This document shows, piece after piece, positions 48,493 to 50,657 of a DNA stretch of 50,657 nt. How positions within the stretch are numbered: position 1 is the first letter of the stretch; the number at the start of each line of letters is the position of its first letter. Source of the DNA: a bacterium (GTDB lineage Bacteria; Patescibacteriota; Minisyncoccia; Minisyncoccales; RBG-13-42-11); assembly GCA_043817685.1 (NCBI GenBank), contig JBDRGQ010000020.1, forward strand, positions 1 through 50,657, given 5' to 3'. The notes below the pieces were generated by a model. The model had not been told where the DNA came from. It saw only the letters and a list, made by a program, of their open reading frames with translations, and searched no databases. The translations under genes and the position numbers were made by a program.

Positions 48493-49113
48493 ATGGTATC
48501 TTTCATAGAAAAACTTAAAAAGGGCATGGGGGTGGAAGAATCTGAAGAAGAAACAGAAACGCCAGAATTAGTTATTAAGACAGAGCCTAAAAAGGCAAAA
48601 AGAGGAAGAAAAAAAGTAAATAAGTTGGAAATGAGAACAACTCCAATAGAAGAACCTGAAGAAGAATCGAAAGAAGAGGAAATAGAGGAAGAGTCAAAAG
48701 AAGAAAAAATCCCAATAATAGAAGAAGACAAAACCAAAGAAAAGAAAGAAGCAACTCCCACTCCAGAAGAGGAACAATGGTTTGAGGCAGAAGGACAATT
48801 AGCTATAGATATATACCAAACAGAGAATGAATTAGTCATCCAGTCTGCAATTGCCGGAGTTAATGCTCAATCCGTAGATATATGTCTAGAAAAAGATGTT
48901 TTAGTTATTAAAGGATGCAGAAGAAAACCATTGGAAGAAAAGGGTGACTATTTTTCCCAAGAATGTTTCTGGGGACCTTTTTCAAGAGAGATAATACTGC
49001 CTGCCGAAGTAGATCCAGACAAAGTGTTGGCCAGGATGAAAGACGGAATATTAACCATAAGGATACCTAAAATACTAAGAGAAAAAAGAAGGAAGATAAC
49101 AGTTTCAGCTTAA
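48493..49113 (+). CDS. Hsp20/alpha-crystallin protein with acidic N-terminal extension
   Basis: GQLAIDIYQT, ECFWGPFSREIILP, DGILTIRIPK. Confidence 0.9.
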   Translation: MVSFIEKLKKGMGVEESEEETETPELVIKTEPKKAKRGRKKVNKLEMRTTPIEEPEEESKEEEIEEESKEEKIPIIEEDKTKEKKEATPTPEEEQWFEAEGQLAIDIYQTENELVIQSAIAGVNAQSVDICLEKDVLVIKGCRRKPLEEKGDYFSQECFWGPFSREIILPAEVDPDKVLARMKDGILTIRIPKILREKRRKITVSA

Positions 49114-49116
49114 TAA

Positions 49117-49142
49117 TAAAACCCCGAAAAATCGGGGTTTTT
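49117..49142. terminator. Bidirectional intrinsic terminator
   Basis: AAAAACCCCGA-AAAA-TCGGGGTTTTT. Confidence 0.88.
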
Positions 49143-49148
49143 AGTTTG

Positions 49149-49230
49149 TGCCCAGGGCGAGAGTCGAACTCGCAAGGATTTCTCCAGTAGATCCTAAATC
49201 TACCACGTTTACCAATTTCGCCACCTGGGC
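49149..49230 (-). tRNA. tRNA-Leu(TAG)
   Basis: GCCCAGG/CCTGGGC, GTAGA-TTTAGGA-TCTAC, variable arm. Confidence 0.93.
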
Positions 49231-49338
49231 TTATTTTTATCAGGTCTGCATATTAAATTCTATCTTCTTTAATTAAAAAATCAACCCTGTTCTATTAAAA
49301 CAGGGAAGATTTATAATTTTGTCTAAATAAAATTAAAC

Positions 49339-49752
49339 CTATCCTATGATCATTAATACTAATCCTGGGATAGCTCTAGCTATAAAAGCAACGAATAAAC
49401 CAATAGCTGCAAACATTATGTAGTCCCTTCCAGTCTTAACCTTAGCTGCATCTCCAGCTGCCATCACTAAATTCATAGCACCGATGATAATAAATACTCC
49501 AGCTATTCCAACTAATAATACAAACATCCAATCAGCAATATTATACATTGTGTTTAAAACACAACAAATTGAATTTGGACCATCAATAGGAACATCCCCA
49601 GAACAAACTATACTTTTTAATGTTATGGTTCTACCCATTTTGCATGTATCTAAAGGATTGATTGTAATATCAGTAGCGGCACTAACAACCAAAGGAACCA
49701 CTGCTGCTGCTAAAAAGCTAGTCAAAAATAATACGGATAATAATTTTTTCAT
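49339..49752 (-). CDS. TrbC/VirB2-like pilin (CPR type)
   Basis: Signal peptide, 4 Cys, two TM helices linked by AAGDAAKVKTGR, then AAIGL. Confidence 0.75.
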   Translation of the reverse strand: MKKLLSVLFLTSFLAAAVVPLVVSAATDITINPLDTCKMGRTITLKSIVCSGDVPIDGPNSICCVLNTMYNIADWMFVLLVGIAGVFIIIGAMNLVMAAGDAAKVKTGRDYIMFAAIGLFVAFIARAIPGLVLMIIG

Positions 49753-49770
49753 AATTTAGAAGTCTAAAAA

Positions 49771-50577
49771 CTATTTCGACCTTTTAAATTTTAAATTTCT
49801 AAAACTCGTAATTAACCCTGTAAATATCATAGGAATATGAGTTATTTCTTCTTTTACCCCTATAACGTTTCTTATCACATATACAATAGCTTGAGCAAGA
49901 AGAATAACTACTAATCCTACAGCAGCATACAACATTAACTTCTGGGCTTTTTGAACTTGTAAAGGATTTCCTCCTGCTGTTACTATCATAACTCCTCCTA
50001 TGGCAAATAATATTGGGGCTAAAGCAACAGCTATAACAAATATGAAGTTATTGATAGCAGATGCTAAATCTCCAAAATTATCGTAGTTTAAAGGATTGCA
50101 TATCTGCCCGGGAGGACACTCGCTGCTGCCAGAATCATTCGCACCAGTATTAGTATCTCCTGACGTCGGAGTTGTTTGGCCAGAAACGCAAGATGGATCA
50201 TCTATGCATCTGCTTTCGACATCCCAAAGCCGTGGAGTGCAAATTCTAGTTTGATACATCTTATCTTTGCAATCCTGATTATTCACATTGCAGACCCTAC
50301 TCACCCAATCAGTGCAATTGTAAGCAGGCAATACTTTCGCACAATACCCATTTTGGCAAGAATATGTGCCATCGGCTACTAGACATTCACATTTATCTTT
50401 CAAATCGCAGTTTTTATAACCACTAGGACAAGAAACACACAAGCCACCATCGCACCATTGACCTTGGGAGCTGCATCCTTCTTCATAAGTGCAAACGATT
50501 GCCGCCGAAGCCAATAAAGGCAATATTAATAGAAAAGAGCTTAAAGATAGAAATAAAACAAAATTTATTTTTTTCAT
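49771..50577 (-). CDS. TrbC/VirB2-like pilin with Cys-rich N-terminal domain
   Basis: Signal peptide, 18 Cys, ICNPL, TM-TAGGNP.QVQKAQ-TM. Confidence 0.75.
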   Translation of the reverse strand: MKKINFVLFLSLSSFLLILPLLASAAIVCTYEEGCSSQGQWCDGGLCVSCPSGYKNCDLKDKCECLVADGTYSCQNGYCAKVLPAYNCTDWVSRVCNVNNQDCKDKMYQTRICTPRLWDVESRCIDDPSCVSGQTTPTSGDTNTGANDSGSSECPPGQICNPLNYDNFGDLASAINNFIFVIAVALAPILFAIGGVMIVTAGGNPLQVQKAQKLMLYAAVGLVVILLAQAIVYVIRNVIGVKEEITHIPMIFTGLITSFRNLKFKRSK

Positions 50578-50657
50578 ATTATATTACTTTACCAAAATTA
50601 AAGCTAAATGATAAGAGCCTGCTTGGAATTCTTTTTCTATTTTAAGCCCTTGCGACC

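Noticed and set aside
48530..48780. GAA-rich low-complexity stretch in hsp20
   Set aside because: It encodes a disordered acidic linker and has no discrete repeat unit.
41499..49230. tRNA genes as island integration sites
   Set aside because: No duplicated tRNA 3' ends and no integrase seen; the flanking genes are housekeeping.
666..50382. Numerous short antisense or nested ORFs in the track (e.g. 666-926, 21680-25291 set, 28732-29283, 41911-42330, 48477-48839)
   Set aside because: They overlap well-supported genes and have no recognisable motifs, consistent with shadow ORFs.
1..50657. Alternative genetic code (TGA recoded)
   Set aside because: Conserved genes are full length under code 11, and several end in TGA within ATGA overlaps (e.g. 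1796-1799).

Overview
AT-rich bacterial window using genetic code 11 (TGA is a stop, as shown by ATGA overlaps). Its gene content strongly suggests Patescibacteria/CPR, probably Parcubacteria; this is inferred, not searched. 1-19393 (minus): a surface-glycan operon led by a small excisionase-type HTH gene. It encodes a Wzx flippase, a GDP-heptose route (GmhA, HddA, fused nucleotidyltransferase-GmhB), a 4,6-dehydratase, a B12 radical SAM enzyme, two His-type DegT-family 3-dehydratases, a TylF methyltransferase, an epimerase, a split transketolase, and a PIG-L/ATP-grasp pair. 19580-28288: a secreted metallopeptidase, a 1450-aa S-layer-like protein, and an HTH/ECF sigma/anti-sigma module. 28400-33406: a large secreted protein with lamin-tail, PKD and beta-helix domains. 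33473-41426: a type IV pilus locus with no pilQ. The rest holds five tRNAs, recG, a GT2, a short valS, prsW, hsp20 and two VirB2-like pilins. The most unusual signals are below gene scale: in-frame palindromic repeats inside a CDS, a decayed tRNA shell wrapped around tRNA-Arg(GCG), tRNA 3' ends lying 1 nt before start codons, recurring AAAGGTCGA and AGTTTTCCACA motifs upstream of surface genes, and operator-like repeats next to two regulators.
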